Shown here: positions 63,473-64,000 of the stretch, piece after piece | How the letters are laid out: each line of letters starts with the position of its first letter | Numbering within the stretch: position 1 is the stretch's first letter | Virus record (IMG/VR): IMGVR_UViG_3300031867_000048 | Span: 854 to 64,853 of that record | Direction: 5' to 3' (one strand) | DNA: 64,000 bases | Source: a virus | Lineage: Duplodnaviria; Caudoviricetes | Program-made: the position numbers and the translations under genes | Notes under the pieces: model-generated | What the model was told of the DNA's origin: nothing | Database searches by the model: none | Seen by the model: only the letters and a program-made list of their open reading frames with translations

Positions 63473-64000
63473 TTAAGCTGCCTGCAGCTCGTCCGTGATA
63501 CCGTCTTCGACGTCAAACTCTGGACGGAAGACGCGGGCGTGGGCGTTGGGGAAGTACAGTGTCCAGCAAGAGAACTCCTCCATGACAACGGCGTTGGCGT
63601 TGCGGATGAAGAGCTTCTTCAGGTCGTACTCCTGGCGCTGCCAGTTACCGAAAATCCACTTCTCCAGATAGCGTGGGTCAAGCATAAATGCACAGCCACT
63701 CATACCCATGTAGTTGAAAGCATCATGACGGTAGATCATAATCTTGGTACCCATAGAGCTGAAGCTTTCAAAGTCGATACCCCAGTTCTGGTAGTTGCTC
63801 TCAGTCTGCATGATGATGCGACGCTTTGACTTCAGGTTGCTCAGGGCCTTGTAGATAAGGTTGTCAACGAACAACAGCTTGGTACGGCTACCATTACCAG
63901 CATCCTGGATGGCCATACGTACGAAGTCGTTCAGCTGCTCCTCAGTGATGACATACTCGTAAACAGTCTTGTCAACCATCTTGGCCTCTGGAGTAGCGTC
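63473..64000 (-). CDS. Major capsid protein, C-terminal part (open to the right edge)
   Basis: ..GNGSRTKLLFV..WGIDFESF..RHDAF..AFMLDPRYL..AVVMEEFSCW..AHAR, typical of the C-terminus of an HK97-fold Bacteroidales MCP. Confidence 0.85.
   Translation of the reverse strand, partial: DATPEAKMVDKTVYEYVITEEQLNDFVRMAIQDAGNGSRTKLLFVDNLIYKALSNLKSKRRIIMQTESNYQNWGIDFESFSSMGTKIMIYRHDAFNYMGMSGCAFMLDPRYLEKWIFGNWQRQEYDLKKLFIRNANAVVMEEFSCWTLYFPNAHARVFRPEFDVEDGITDELQAA

Noticed and set aside
1-64000. TAG or TGA stop-codon reassignment as in some gut phages
   Set aside because: Very long ORFs are intact in the standard code, several genes end cleanly in TAG or TGA next to the following gene, and no suppressor tRNA was seen.

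Overview
The window is almost the whole genome of a temperate, podovirus-like Bacteroidales phage of about 64-65 kb. The host is probably Prevotella-like, judging by TAnnTTTG promoters and A-rich leaders without Shine-Dalgarno sites. Both edges fall in what looks like one major capsid gene: the N-terminus at 410->1 and the C-terminus at 64000->63473. An intact attP (tRNA-Cys 3' end plus arm-type repeats) lies mid-window between the integrase and the immunity region, so this is the excised, circularly permuted form. Modules: packaging and head (rhomboid protease, TerL, portal, scaffold, MCP), lysis (holin-like, DUF5675, a distant unimolecular-spanin-like gene), ejection proteins including a 6273-aa polyvalent protein, TerS, integrase/immunity, a long early operon (replication initiator with iterons, VRR-NUC, radical SAM, DUF6948 plus a Gly-X repeat protein), an AT-rich PIF1-like helicase moron, a second tyrosine recombinase and tail fibres. 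Five observations stand out. (1) About 16 short TGTG-footed hairpin elements, 15 of them on the + strand whatever the gene direction, many embedded in-frame in proteins. (2) A capsid protein with a signal-peptide-like N-terminus, a phage rhomboid protease, and no recognisable prohead protease. (3) A late-promoter architecture, TTTTAT(A/C)A-N22-TAnnTTTG, found 7 times with exact spacing. (4) Several structured ncRNA candidates. (5) An orphan recombinase with a folded ~185-nt leader. All family assignments come from motif recognition by eye; no searches were run.
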